DNA from: Deltaproteobacteria bacterium
GTDB lineage: Bacteria > Myxococcota_A > UBA9160 > SZUA-336
Length of the DNA stretch: 63,511 nt
Reading direction: 5' to 3'
Assembly (NCBI GenBank): GCA_019311115.1
Contig: JAFDDB010000005.1
Coordinates: 1 to 63,511 of the forward strand
Shown here piece after piece: positions 9,652 to 19,233 of the stretch (position 1 is the stretch's first letter; the number at the start of each line of letters is the position of its first letter). The notes beneath the pieces are model-generated. The model did no database searches and was not told where the DNA came from. It saw only the letters and a list, made by a program, of their open reading frames with translations. Position numbers and translations under genes: made by a program.

Positions 9652-10932
9652 CTAGCCCGCGACCTGGCAGGCGGGGCCTGCCGACAGGACGTGCTCGGCG
9701 CCGATCGACGCCAGGTCGACCGTGCCCATTCCCTTCATGGTCGTCTCGAACTCGCTGCGTAGGATGCCGAGCACCGCCTCGACGCCCTCCTGGCCGAACG
9801 CGGCCAGCCCCCAAAGGTAGGGGCGGCCAACGCACACGGCGTCCGCGCCGAGCGCCAGCGCCTTGAACACGTCGGTCCCGCGGCGAAAGCCGCTGTCGAC
9901 CAGGATCGGGATGCGTCCGCCGACTTCTTCGACGATCGGCGGCAACGCCTCGATGGTGGAAAGTCCGCTGTCCACGGCGCGGCCACCGTGGTTCGAGACC
10001 ACGATCCCGTCGACGCCGTGCTCGATGCACAGGCTGGCGTCTTCGCGCGTCACGATGCCCTTGACGAGCAGCTTCATCGACGTGGCGTCGCGGATCCGGT
10101 CCAGGTAGTCCCAGTCCAGGATCATCATGTTGTCGAACCGCTTTCCCAGGTCGAAGCCGACCGCGCGCGCCGCGCTGATCGTCCCGTCGAGCAGGTCGTC
10201 GGTAAAGGACTGGTGGCAAGACTGACACTCCGCGTTGTCGTCCCTGCGGTAGCGGCGGATGCGGTCGCGGTTCTGGCCCCAGATCGTCGACATGTTGTCG
10301 ACCGTCAGGGCCACCGCCGGACATCCCGCCTCCTCGGCCTCGCGGAGCTGCATGCGCGTGGCGGGCCAGATGCCCGGCGTGTAGAGCTGGAACCAGATCG
10401 GGGCGCCGCGCGCGTCGACCACCTCCTCGAGCTCGGTCGAGCTGCTGGTCGACAGGATCTGCAGGTGGTCCCGGCTCCGCGCCGCCCTCGCGACTGCCAG
10501 CTCTCCCTCCGGATGGAACGCCTTCTGCGAGCCCACGGGCGCCAGGACGATGGGCGAAGACAGCTTGGTCCCCAGCAGCTCCATCGACGTGTCGACCTCG
10601 CGGACGTCGACCAGGCGCCGCGGCCGCAGCTTGAACAGGTCGAAGGCCGAGCGGTTGGCGCGCAGCGTAACCTCGTGCTGGACGCCCATCGACAGGTACG
10701 TGTAGTGCGCAGGCGACAGGTTTCGCTCCGCCACGGGCTCGAAGTCGAAGACGTTGATCGCATCGCGCGCCGCCGCGATGATCTCGCGCACCTCGTCGGG
10801 GCGCAGCACGCTCTCGCCAGCCGCGGCGAGCAGGTGCTCGAACGCCTCCACGGGACGTGGGACGAGCAGGAGGGGACTGGCCAGGAGCCAGCGAAGAAGG
10901 GAACGCCGATTCGGTTCGAGCTGTGTAGCCAT
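9652..10932 (-). CDS. FMN-dependent alpha-hydroxy acid oxidase/dehydrogenase with twin-arginine-like leader and inserted CxxCH
   Basis: WFQLY, LTVD, VKGI, SNHGGR, DSGFRRGTDVFKALALGA and GRP motifs; N-terminal NRRSLL; CQSCH at 10213-10227. Confidence 0.92.
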   Translation of the reverse strand: MATQLEPNRRSLLRWLLASPLLLVPRPVEAFEHLLAAAGESVLRPDEVREIIAAARDAINVFDFEPVAERNLSPAHYTYLSMGVQHEVTLRANRSAFDLFKLRPRRLVDVREVDTSMELLGTKLSSPIVLAPVGSQKAFHPEGELAVARAARSRDHLQILSTSSSTELEEVVDARGAPIWFQLYTPGIWPATRMQLREAEEAGCPAVALTVDNMSTIWGQNRDRIRRYRRDDNAECQSCHQSFTDDLLDGTISAARAVGFDLGKRFDNMMILDWDYLDRIRDATSMKLLVKGIVTREDASLCIEHGVDGIVVSNHGGRAVDSGLSTIEALPPIVEEVGGRIPILVDSGFRRGTDVFKALALGADAVCVGRPYLWGLAAFGQEGVEAVLGILRSEFETTMKGMGTVDLASIGAEHVLSAGPACQVAG

Positions 10933-11050
10933 GCGTGCCCGAAGGGGCAAGATGTGTGCCCGCTGCCAGCTGCGCTACGCGATCTTCGCCCGGCGAACCG
11001 GGCGAGGCGGTGCAGCGATCACGCGCAGCTGCAGCGCGCGAGCTGCGCTC

Positions 11051-13699
11051 TCAGGCGTCGGCGTCCCGGACCGTCCCCGCCGAACCGTCCACCTCTACGA
11101 TCTGCCCGTCCTCGAAACGCGTCAGCGCGCGCTCGATGCCCGCGACGCAGGGCTTGCCGTACTCGCGCGCGACGACTCCCCCGTGCTGCATCACGCCGCC
11201 TACCTGCAGGACGATCGCCGCGGCGTTGACGAACAGCGGAGTCCAGCCCGGGTCGGTGGTGTAGGCGACCAGCACGTCGCCGGGCTCGATCTCCTTCTCG
11301 TAGGGATCGTGCAGGACCTTGACCGGTCCGCTCGCCACGCCGGGCGAGATGCCCAGGCCGTGCGCCGCGCCGTCGTCGGGCTCGGGCGCCGGGCGCAGGA
11401 TGCGCCCGCGCGAGTCGATCATGTGCGGGAACTCGCGGACCTGCGCCTCCAACAGGTGGAAGTAGCGGGCGGGCTCGCGCGCCGCCGCCCGCAGGTCGAA
11501 GTCGGGATCGCGCTCTGCCTGCTCGAGTTCCTGCCAGCTCAGGTGGAAGACGTCGTCGGCTTCGTCGAGGCGGCCGGCCTCGACGTACCGTTCTCCCAGC
11601 CAGAGCGCGTTGCGGCGCGTCACGCCCGCCTGCATGACCCAGTGGTGCTTCGCCGTGTCGCGCTCTCCCGCGTAGTGCTCGATCCAGCGATTGGCACGGC
11701 GCAGGAGCGCGCGGCGGAACCAGCGGGAGCGTCGCATCAGATCGGCGTAGGCGTGCTTGCGGTCCTCGACGCCCTTCCGGTGAGCGATCCCCGGGTCGGC
11801 CTCGGGCTCGGCCTTCGCCATGAACGACAGCTGCCGCAACAGCAGCATCGGCGTGTCGCCGTAGCGCGGACTGCGCAGGTCCATCTCCATGGGTCCGCGG
11901 CAGCCGTAGCGAAACAGGAACGAGTCCCACGCCTCGAGGAACGGCTCCGGCAGGTCGTGCGCCTCGATGCGCGCGGCCAATGCGTCCAGGTCGTCGAAGA
12001 GCGCGGCGTCGAGCTTGCGTGTCATGGCGAACATCTCGATGCCCATGTCCACGACCAACTCGCCCTCGTAGCCGCGGTTCATCTTGTCGAGCAGTTCCGA
12101 CGTCTCCGGATCGCTGCGCTTGCGCATCGCCTCGATCATCCAGCCCGCCGCCGCGTAGGGGTAGATCGCCGGCATGTCCGCTTCCATCAGGATGGTCGCG
12201 AAGTCGTCGCCCAGCGCGAGCAGTTCCGGGATCGGCGCATCCACCGGCGTGGCCCGGATCTTGTGCTCGTAGACCTCCCTCTCCCGCGCGAAGTGACGCA
12301 GGAACCGTGGTGGCGACAGGTAGGCCAGCACGGCGCGCCACAGCACCCGGCCGCTGTGCCAGATCGCGCTCCAGAGTCCGCGCAGGATCCTGCCCGCCGA
12401 GAGCGCCTTCGGTCTGCGAAGGGGCTTGTACCGCTCACGATCCACGTTGGCGAGCGTGCGCGAGAGCAGCTGGTCCATGATCTCGAGAGCCGGCGCCATC
12501 TTCTGCGGGCTCACCCACCAGAAGATCTGCGAGTAGTCCACGTACAGACGATTGCCGGCGACCTGCATCAGGGCGGTCTCGCCGGGCTCGGTCTCCTCCC
12601 ACGGGATCCCGAACATCGCGCACATGCTGGCCAGCATCCGCTCGGCCGTGTCGAGCGTCAGCCGCGCGAGCGGCGTGTTCGTGGTGAACCCGTCGGTGAG
12701 TCCGCGGTCGACGTAGACGCGGCGCCTCTCGCCGGGCTCCGTCAACATGGATGGAGGAAGCGGAACGTACGTCGTGATGGGCCGAGCCTGCAGCAGGTGG
12801 AGATCGCCCCCCGCCCAGGCCCACTCGACGTCAATCGGCAGGTCGTAGAGCTTCTCGACCTGGCCGACCACGTCGGTCAGCTCGAGCACCTGCTCGTCGG
12901 TCAGCGACGCCTCTTCGCTGCGGTCCTTCTCTTCGACCTCGACGCCGCCTCCGTCGCCAACGGTCCGCGACACGCCCTTCGAGCCGATCCGCCGCTCCAG
13001 GATCTTCCGCGCCGGCCGGTCGACGATGAAGTGGTCCGGCGTCACCTCGCCCGACACGACCGTCTCTCCGAGTCCGAAGCTCGCGTCGATCACCGCCTCG
13101 TCGAAGTCGTTGGTCAGCGGGTTCAGCGAGAACGCGACGCCCGCGACCTCGCTCTCGATCTGCCGCTGCACCAGCACGGCGATCCGCGGCTGGCGCACGT
13201 CGAACCCCTGCTGCTCCTTGTAGACGAAGACGCGCTCGTCGAGCGCCGAGACGAAGCAGTCGCGCACGGCGGCGTCCAGGTCGTCGGCGCGCACACCCAG
13301 CACCGTGACGTACCCGCCCGCGAACGACGCCGCGGCCAGGTCCTCTTCGGGCGACGACGAGCGCACCGCGCAGGTCGCCCCGTCTCCCCACGACGCGACC
13401 CGCTCGCGCACCTGCTCGAGGCCCGATCGCATCTCGTCCGTGCACGACAGCGCAGATGCCGCGGCCTGCAGCGCCGCGCCGTGCTCGCGCCAGGGGCCGC
13501 CGTCCGCACGCTCGAACGCCGCCCAGGCTCCGGTGCCGCGAAGCTCCCGCCACCACGGCTCGAACCACGCGACCGGAAGCACCACGCCGTCGGGCACGCG
13601 GAACCCCGCCTGCGCCAGCCGCACCAGCGACGCCGCCTTCCCCCCGATCTCGGAGACGCCCGAGTCGGCCGCCTTGGTCAAGGGGATGGGCGCGGCCAT
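11051..13699 (-). CDS. PEP-utilising family phosphotransferase (ATP-grasp, central domain, C-terminal swivelling His domain); rifampin phosphotransferase-like architecture
   Basis: IGGKAASL, AVRSSSPEED...SFAG, GLGETVVSG and LLQARPIT in the N-terminal part; TDPGWTPLF and GGVMQHGGVVAREYGKP at the C-terminus; no PEP-binding TIM barrel. Confidence 0.88.
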   Translation of the reverse strand: MAAPIPLTKAADSGVSEIGGKAASLVRLAQAGFRVPDGVVLPVAWFEPWWRELRGTGAWAAFERADGGPWREHGAALQAAASALSCTDEMRSGLEQVRERVASWGDGATCAVRSSSPEEDLAAASFAGGYVTVLGVRADDLDAAVRDCFVSALDERVFVYKEQQGFDVRQPRIAVLVQRQIESEVAGVAFSLNPLTNDFDEAVIDASFGLGETVVSGEVTPDHFIVDRPARKILERRIGSKGVSRTVGDGGGVEVEEKDRSEEASLTDEQVLELTDVVGQVEKLYDLPIDVEWAWAGGDLHLLQARPITTYVPLPPSMLTEPGERRRVYVDRGLTDGFTTNTPLARLTLDTAERMLASMCAMFGIPWEETEPGETALMQVAGNRLYVDYSQIFWWVSPQKMAPALEIMDQLLSRTLANVDRERYKPLRRPKALSAGRILRGLWSAIWHSGRVLWRAVLAYLSPPRFLRHFAREREVYEHKIRATPVDAPIPELLALGDDFATILMEADMPAIYPYAAAGWMIEAMRKRSDPETSELLDKMNRGYEGELVVDMGIEMFAMTRKLDAALFDDLDALAARIEAHDLPEPFLEAWDSFLFRYGCRGPMEMDLRSPRYGDTPMLLLRQLSFMAKAEPEADPGIAHRKGVEDRKHAYADLMRRSRWFRRALLRRANRWIEHYAGERDTAKHHWVMQAGVTRRNALWLGERYVEAGRLDEADDVFHLSWQELEQAERDPDFDLRAAAREPARYFHLLEAQVREFPHMIDSRGRILRPAPEPDDGAAHGLGISPGVASGPVKVLHDPYEKEIEPGDVLVAYTTDPGWTPLFVNAAAIVLQVGGVMQHGGVVAREYGKPCVAGIERALTRFEDGQIVEVDGSAGTVRDADA

Positions 13700-14512
13700 C
13701 TACTCCGGCGATTCCGGCTTCGGGTCGCGATCGACGGCGCCCGGTCCGTCCGCCTCTTCGATCAGCGCGATCATCCGGCGCAGCGTGTCGAGCTGGGTCT
13801 CCACGTCGTTCGGGCGGCCCAGGGTTGCGCCGATGTTCAGGCGGCGGATCACCTGGCGCGGTGGCCGCGCCGCGCTGCTGAGCGGGGGCAGGACCGACAC
13901 CAGGCAGGTGGCGATGCGCGCCTCTTCCAGTCCGCGTGCGACCAGACTCACGGTCTGGTGGCACACGGGTCAGGATGGGACGAGCAGCGCCGCCTCGACC
14001 CCGTCCGACACGAAGCGCTGCACGATGGTCGGGATCGTCTCGCGGATCAGCGGGACGACGTTCGGCACCAGGCCCATGAGGACCTGCGTGTCGGTCGACA
14101 TCGTGCCGATCTCGCCCGACTGCACCAGCTCGGTCAGCCGGTCGAGCGGCAGGTTCACGTTGATGTCCTGCTCGGCAAAGCGATGGTCGTAGCCGGGGTG
14201 GTCGATTCGCAGCTTCGACCGGTCGACGTCGAACGGAATGGTGCGAAGCTCCGGCGTCTTGTCGTCGAAGCTCGGCATGGGTACGAAGGGCTCCTGCTCG
14301 CCCTCGATCGAGTAGCCGCCGGTCGTCACCAGCCCGAAGCGCGCCTGGCGCGCCGGCTTCCGCAGCTTCTTGAAGGGATCTCCGGGCTCGGAGAACCACG
14401 GGTAGCGCGAGAAGGCTTCCTTGGCCTTGCCCGACATGATCTGGGGCACGGCCTCTTCCTTCCATGCCTCGAACTTGGGGACCCACGCGTCGAGAGCGGC
14501 TTGTTCGGTCAT
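13700..14512 (-). CDS. GrdB/PrdB-like selenoprotein (UxxC; in-frame UGA at 13972-13970 read as Sec)
   Basis: FGLVTTGG, GYDHRFAEQDIN..LPLDRL, then LLVPS-UGA-PVCHQTVSLVARGLEEARIAT in one frame. SECIS-like hairpin right after the UGA; GGAGG RBS before the ATG at 14512. Confidence 0.88.
13932..13968 (-). promoter_or_regulatory. bacterial SECIS-like stem-loop
   Basis: mRNA CCGUGUGC-C-ACCAGAC-CGUGA-GUCUGGU-C-GCACGCGG begins 2 nt after the UGA. Perfect 7-bp upper stem with a G-containing loop. Confidence 0.75.
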
Positions 14513-14623
14513 CTGGATTCCTCCGCTTGGCCGGTCAGGCGTCCATTGGGCCACAGATCGGGCACCCGCGGGAACCCCCGCTCCGCCCCCTGGCCTGGGC
14601 CGTCAGGGTAGAATGCCGCACGC

Positions 14624-16114
14624 ATGACTCCGGCTCCCACGGAACTCCGGCACCGCGTCGACCTCCGCACGAAGATCTTCTTCGGCGTCGGCGAATTCGC
14701 GACGGCCACCAAGGGCTACGCGATGCACGCGTTCCTGCTGTTCTACTACACGCAGGTGCTCGGGCTCGAGGGCTGGCTCACGGGCTTCGCGCTCGGCATC
14801 GCGATCGTGTTCGACGCCGTCAACGACCCGATCGTCGGCTCGGTCTCGGACAACTGGCGCTCGAGTCTCGGCCGGCGCCACCCGCTGATGTGGATCTCGC
14901 TCGTGCCCATGTGCATCACCTTCTACTACCTGTGGATCCCGCCCGAGGGGCTCGGGCAGTACGCGCTCTTCGCCTGGCTCACGGTCTTTGCGGTGCTCGC
15001 GCGCTCGTTCATGACGTTCTTCCAGATCCCGCACAACGCGCTCGGCGCGGAGCTTTCGCCGGACTACAGCGAGCGCAGCCGCATCTGGGGCTTCGCTCAG
15101 CTCTTCGGCTGGCTCGGCGGCGGCAGCTTCGGCGCGTTCGCCTACATCGTGGTGTTCAAGAAGAGCGAGGCGTTCGAGAACGGGCTGCTCAATCCCGCGG
15201 CCTACCCGGACCTGGCGATGCTGGGCGTGCTCTACATCTTCATCGGCATCACGCTCTCGACCGCGTTCACGCAGCGGGCGGCGCGCGCGCTCCCCGAGAT
15301 CGCCGCGCCGAAGGAAGGTTTCAGCTTCCGCCGGCTCCACCGCGAGGGGAAGCAGGCGCTCCAGAACAAGAACTTCCGCGTGCTCTTCTTCGGCATCCTG
15401 CTCGGCGGCGCCATCGGTGGCATCGGCGGGACGCTGGCGCTGCACATGCAGACCTACTTCTGGGGCCTGCTGCCCGCGCAGATCATCTACTTCATCGCGG
15501 CCGGCTTCACGGTGAACATGCTGGTGTTCATCGGCATCCAGACCATCGCCGCGCGGTTCGAGAAGAAGAAGCTCCTGATCGGCCTGTCGATCTTCGCCAT
15601 GGTGGACTCCATCACCGTGATCAGCGCACGGCTCATGGGGTGGCTGCCCGACAACGGCGACCCGCTGCTGCTGCCGATCATCGTCACCACCTACGCGCTC
15701 GGCACGGCGGCCGGCGCCATCACGCACATCGTCGCGCGCTCGATGATCGCCGATGTCGTAGACGAGCAGGAGGTCGTGACCGGCGAACGACAGGAGGGGA
15801 TGTTCTACTCGGCGCTCGCGTTCTCGGGCAAGGCCGTGTCGGGCGTCGGCGCGATGACCGGCGGGTTCGTGCTGAGCGCGATCCAGTTCCCCAGCAACGT
15901 CGACGCCACGGGCGTGTCGGCCGACGTGGTCTTCCGCATGGGCGTGTTCATGGGGCCGATCCTGAGCGCCCTCTACCTGATCCCGATCGGGATCTACGTG
16001 CTCTACCACCTGGACCGCGTGCGCCACGCCGAGATCCAGCAGGTGCTGCACGAGCGGCGCCAGGCGCGCGTCGAGCCCGCGTCCGCGTCGCTGGCGGCGG
16101 CCGGCGGCGACTAG
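14624..16114 (+). CDS. MFS transporter, GPH/MelB family
   Basis: DAVNDPIVGSVSD...GRRHP, PHNALGAELSPDYSERS and GERQEGMF motifs. Confidence 0.92.
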   Translation: MTPAPTELRHRVDLRTKIFFGVGEFATATKGYAMHAFLLFYYTQVLGLEGWLTGFALGIAIVFDAVNDPIVGSVSDNWRSSLGRRHPLMWISLVPMCITFYYLWIPPEGLGQYALFAWLTVFAVLARSFMTFFQIPHNALGAELSPDYSERSRIWGFAQLFGWLGGGSFGAFAYIVVFKKSEAFENGLLNPAAYPDLAMLGVLYIFIGITLSTAFTQRAARALPEIAAPKEGFSFRRLHREGKQALQNKNFRVLFFGILLGGAIGGIGGTLALHMQTYFWGLLPAQIIYFIAAGFTVNMLVFIGIQTIAARFEKKKLLIGLSIFAMVDSITVISARLMGWLPDNGDPLLLPIIVTTYALGTAAGAITHIVARSMIADVVDEQEVVTGERQEGMFYSALAFSGKAVSGVGAMTGGFVLSAIQFPSNVDATGVSADVVFRMGVFMGPILSALYLIPIGIYVLYHLDRVRHAEIQQVLHERRQARVEPASASLAAAGGD

Positions 16115-17134
16115 CTAGGACAGCACCAGCTCCGCCATCGTGCGCAGCGTGTCGGTTCCCTGGTTCGCGAGCAGCAGCGTCGTGACCGGCGTCTCGCGCC
16201 ACGCGTCCAGCCGGTCGCGGATGCGCTCGACGGGTCCGCAGAGCGAGATCTCGTCGGCGAACGCGTCGGGCACGACGGCGGCGGCCTCGGCCTTGCGGCC
16301 CTCCAGGTACAGCTCCTGGATCTTCTGCGCCTCCGCCTCGAAGCCCATGCGCTCCATCAGCCGCGTGTGGAAGTTGTGCTCCTTGGCGCCCATGCCACCG
16401 ATGTAGAGGCCCAGGAAATGCTTGACGGGTACGAGCGCGGCCTCGACGTCGTCCTGGATGTTGACCAGCACCATCTGTGCGATCTGGAAGTCCGGGCCGG
16501 CGTGCGCCAGCGAGTCCGCGTACACCTCCTGCCGGTACGGCGAGTAGTAGAGCGGCAGCCAACCGTCCGCGATCTCGGCCGCGAGCGCCACGTTCTTGGG
16601 GCCCTCGGCGCCCAGGAAGATGGGTACGTCGGCGCGCAGCGGGTGCGTGATCGACTTGAGGGGCTTGCCGAGTCCCCACGAGCCCTCACCGACGTAGGGC
16701 AGGGGATAGTGCGGGCCGTCGCTGGTCACCGGCGCCTCGCGGCGGAGCACCTGGCGGATGATGTCGATGTACTCGCGCGTGCGCGACAGCGGCTTCGAGA
16801 ACGGCTGCCCGTACCAGCCCTCGACCACCTGCGGGCCGGACACGCCGAGTCCCAGCATGAAGCGGCCGTTCGACAGGTGGTCGAGCGTCAGCGCGGCCAT
16901 CGCGGTGGCGGTGGGCGTGCGCGCCGACAGCTGCACGACCGACGTACCCAGCTTGATACGCTCGGTGTGCGAGGCGATGTAGGCCAGCGGTGTCAACGCG
17001 TCGGAGCCGTACGCTTCGGCCGACCAGATCGAGTCGAATCCTAGGCGCTCCGCCTCCTGCGCGGCCTCGATGATGTTCGCCGGTGGGCGGGCGCCCCAGT
17101 AGCCGAGCCCCAGTCCCAGGTTCAGTGACGCCAT
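16115..17134 (-). CDS. LLM-class (probably F420-dependent) oxidoreductase
   Basis: WSAEAYGSDA, TLDHLSNGRFMLGLGVSGPQVVEGW and AAEIADGW motifs. Start re-assigned to MASLNL. Confidence 0.92.
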   Translation of the reverse strand: MASLNLGLGLGYWGARPPANIIEAAQEAERLGFDSIWSAEAYGSDALTPLAYIASHTERIKLGTSVVQLSARTPTATAMAALTLDHLSNGRFMLGLGVSGPQVVEGWYGQPFSKPLSRTREYIDIIRQVLRREAPVTSDGPHYPLPYVGEGSWGLGKPLKSITHPLRADVPIFLGAEGPKNVALAAEIADGWLPLYYSPYRQEVYADSLAHAGPDFQIAQMVLVNIQDDVEAALVPVKHFLGLYIGGMGAKEHNFHTRLMERMGFEAEAQKIQELYLEGRKAEAAAVVPDAFADEISLCGPVERIRDRLDAWRETPVTTLLLANQGTDTLRTMAELVLS

Positions 17135-17145
17135 GCGGGTCGCTC

Positions 17146-17940
17146 CTACCGTTCGTCGAGCTGTGTGAAGTCGGGCTTGCGCTTCTCGCGGAAGGCCGCG
17201 ATCGCCTCGCGGTTGGCGGGTCCGCCCACGAGCTTGGCGAAGGCCGAGTTCTCTCTCTCGCGCGCCGCCTGGATCGCGTCGATGCGCGACGCGACCAGCA
17301 GGCGCTTGGTCGCGATCAGCGACGGGATCGGCATGGCCGCGATCTCGCTCGCGACCTCCATCGTCTGGTCGAGCAGGCGCTCGGGTGGGCAGGACTTCCA
17401 GGCCAGGCCGATGTCCACGCACTGCCCGGCGTCGAGCCAGGCGGCCGTGTAGAGCAGGTGGGCGGCGGCTTGCGGGCCGACGGTCGCGGGCAGCAGGTAG
17501 GAGTTCCCCGCCTCGACCGTCACGCCGAGGCTCGCGAACGGCGCGCGCAGGCGCGCGTCCTCCGCCATCAACACCAGGTCGCAGTGCGGCAGCAGGGTGA
17601 GTCCGATCCCGACGCCGATCCCGTTCACCGCCGCGATCAGCGGCTTGGGAAACGCCTCGACCGCCTCGATGAACGGGGCGAAGCCGTGGCGCTTGCCGTC
17701 GTCGTGGCGGCGCGGGTTGCCGAGCTCTCCCAGGTCCTGCCCCGCGCTGAAGGCCCGGCCCGCGCCGGTGATCACCACCACGGCGACGTCCGGGTCGTCG
17801 GCCGCCGCGACGAGCGCCGCGCAGGCGGCGTCGTAGAGGTCGTCGTCAAAGGCGTTCAGCGCCGCGGGGCGGTCGAGGGTCAGCAGCCTGACTCGTTCGC
17901 GATCGTCGACCAGCAGCATCCGGGACTCCTCCAAGGACAT
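17146..17940 (-). CDS. enoyl-CoA hydratase/isomerase family protein
   Basis: GRAFSAGQDL, KPLIAAVNG, PFASLGVTVEAG and FREKRKPDF motifs. Confidence 0.92.
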   Translation of the reverse strand: MSLEESRMLLVDDRERVRLLTLDRPAALNAFDDDLYDAACAALVAAADDPDVAVVVITGAGRAFSAGQDLGELGNPRRHDDGKRHGFAPFIEAVEAFPKPLIAAVNGIGVGIGLTLLPHCDLVLMAEDARLRAPFASLGVTVEAGNSYLLPATVGPQAAAHLLYTAAWLDAGQCVDIGLAWKSCPPERLLDQTMEVASEIAAMPIPSLIATKRLLVASRIDAIQAARERENSAFAKLVGGPANREAIAAFREKRKPDFTQLDER

Positions 17941-17985
17941 TCTACCAGCCCCACTTCCGGGACGGGGACGGGGAGTGACACGGGC

Positions 17986-19233
17986 CTACTCCAGGTAGCC
18001 GACCGCCCGCAGGCGCTCGCGGTCCTCGTCGCTCAGTCCGGGCTCGGTCGTGCTCTCGGGCGCGTCCCGCGGCACCCAGAGCCTCTTGCGCGCCAACAGG
18101 CGGCTGAGCGCCGCCATGCGCTTGCGATGCGTACGCGCGATGACCGCGTGCCGGCCCGCGACGTCGCGCGTCTCGCCGGGGTCCTGCTTCAGGTTGAAGA
18201 GGTAGCTCCGCTTGCTGGTGCGCCGCTGCAGGGTCTTCCAGTCCCCGCGCCGGTAGGTCTGCCAGGCCATCTCGGTCAGGAACAGCTCGTTCGGGTCCAG
18301 CACGGTCTGCGGCTCGTCCGCGTTCCGCTCGGTGCCGGCCAACTCGAGCAGCATCCCGTACAGGTCTTCGCTGCGCACCACCGGACGCGAGTTCTCGAAC
18401 CGCGTCGGCGAGACGATCAGCGGGATCTGCACCAGGTAGTCGAACGACGGGTTCCCCTCGTGACCGCGCAGTCCGGCGACGGGATGCTTCTCGCCGCGGC
18501 GCTCGCCGTGGTCAGACGTCAGCACGACGACCGCGCCTTCGAGCAGGTTCCCGGCGCGCAGCAGGTCGAGCAGCCCTCCGACGCCCGCGTCGGCGCGCGC
18601 GACGCCGCGCGCGTACGACTCGTCCTGCATGCGGTAGTCGTGCGCGTCCATGTAGTGGACGTACAGGAAGAAACGGTCGCTCTCGCGGCGGGCCAGCGCG
18701 CGCGCCACCGCCGCATTGACGGCGGAGGCGTCGTGAGCTCCGCGCACGTCCTGCCAGTCGTCGAAGCCGCGCTCGAATCCGGCTCCCGCAAACAGCAGCG
18801 CGTTCGACTGCACGCCGAGCGTCGCGTAGCCGGTCCGCTTCATGTGAGTGCCGAGCGTCGGCAGGTGCGCGGGAATGCAGCTCCGGTCGGGCGGACGCCC
18901 GAACCTCGCCAGGCCGCACCAGGTGCGGCCGTTCCAGTGGATCGGCGACCGGCGGCGGCCGCTCTCGATGCTCGGAGTCCGCCCGGTGAAGAGCGCGCCC
19001 ATCGACATGGTCGTCATGTGGAACGAGGACAGGGCGTTGTCGAAGCGCTGGCCGCTCTCGGCCAGCGAGTCGATCTGCGGCGTGGGACGTTTCGCGCCGT
19101 AGGCCGACACGTAGTCGCGCCGCAGCGTGTCGATCATGACCAGCACGATGCGCTCGGGCGGCGCCGGCGACGGTGTGCAGCCGGCCCAGAGCAGCGCCGC
19201 AACCAACAGCGCGGGCGTCCAGCGCGCTATCAC
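17986..19233 (-). CDS. sulfatase-like (alkaline phosphatase superfamily) lipoprotein
   Basis: GTG start overlaps the upstream stop; WAGC lipobox; IDTLRRD, HYMDAH, TSDHGE and LFNLKQDPGE motifs; RLRAVGYLE tail. Confidence 0.85.
   Translation of the reverse strand: MIARWTPALLVAALLWAGCTPSPAPPERIVLVMIDTLRRDYVSAYGAKRPTPQIDSLAESGQRFDNALSSFHMTTMSMGALFTGRTPSIESGRRRSPIHWNGRTWCGLARFGRPPDRSCIPAHLPTLGTHMKRTGYATLGVQSNALLFAGAGFERGFDDWQDVRGAHDASAVNAAVARALARRESDRFFLYVHYMDAHDYRMQDESYARGVARADAGVGGLLDLLRAGNLLEGAVVVLTSDHGERRGEKHPVAGLRGHEGNPSFDYLVQIPLIVSPTRFENSRPVVRSEDLYGMLLELAGTERNADEPQTVLDPNELFLTEMAWQTYRRGDWKTLQRRTSKRSYLFNLKQDPGETRDVAGRHAVIARTHRKRMAALSRLLARKRLWVPRDAPESTTEPGLSDEDRERLRAVGYLE

Noticed and set aside
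11051-13699. Phosphoenolpyruvate synthase (ppsA) or a confirmed rifampin-resistance gene
   Set aside because: The domain order differs from PpsA and the PEP-binding barrel is missing. Rifamycin specificity cannot be read from the sequence and no RAE-like element was recognised.
13700-14554. Pseudogene or two separate ORFs
   Set aside because: The single interruption is a UGA at the family UxxC position followed by a hairpin, which fits Sec recoding better.
10754-14611. Very long plus-strand ORF (1285 aa) and similar ones (26000-29554, 49073-52516, 19173-22139, 36064-38619)
   Set aside because: Antisense or off-frame shadows of well-supported genes. They have R/A/G/P-rich composition and no motifs, as expected at high GC.
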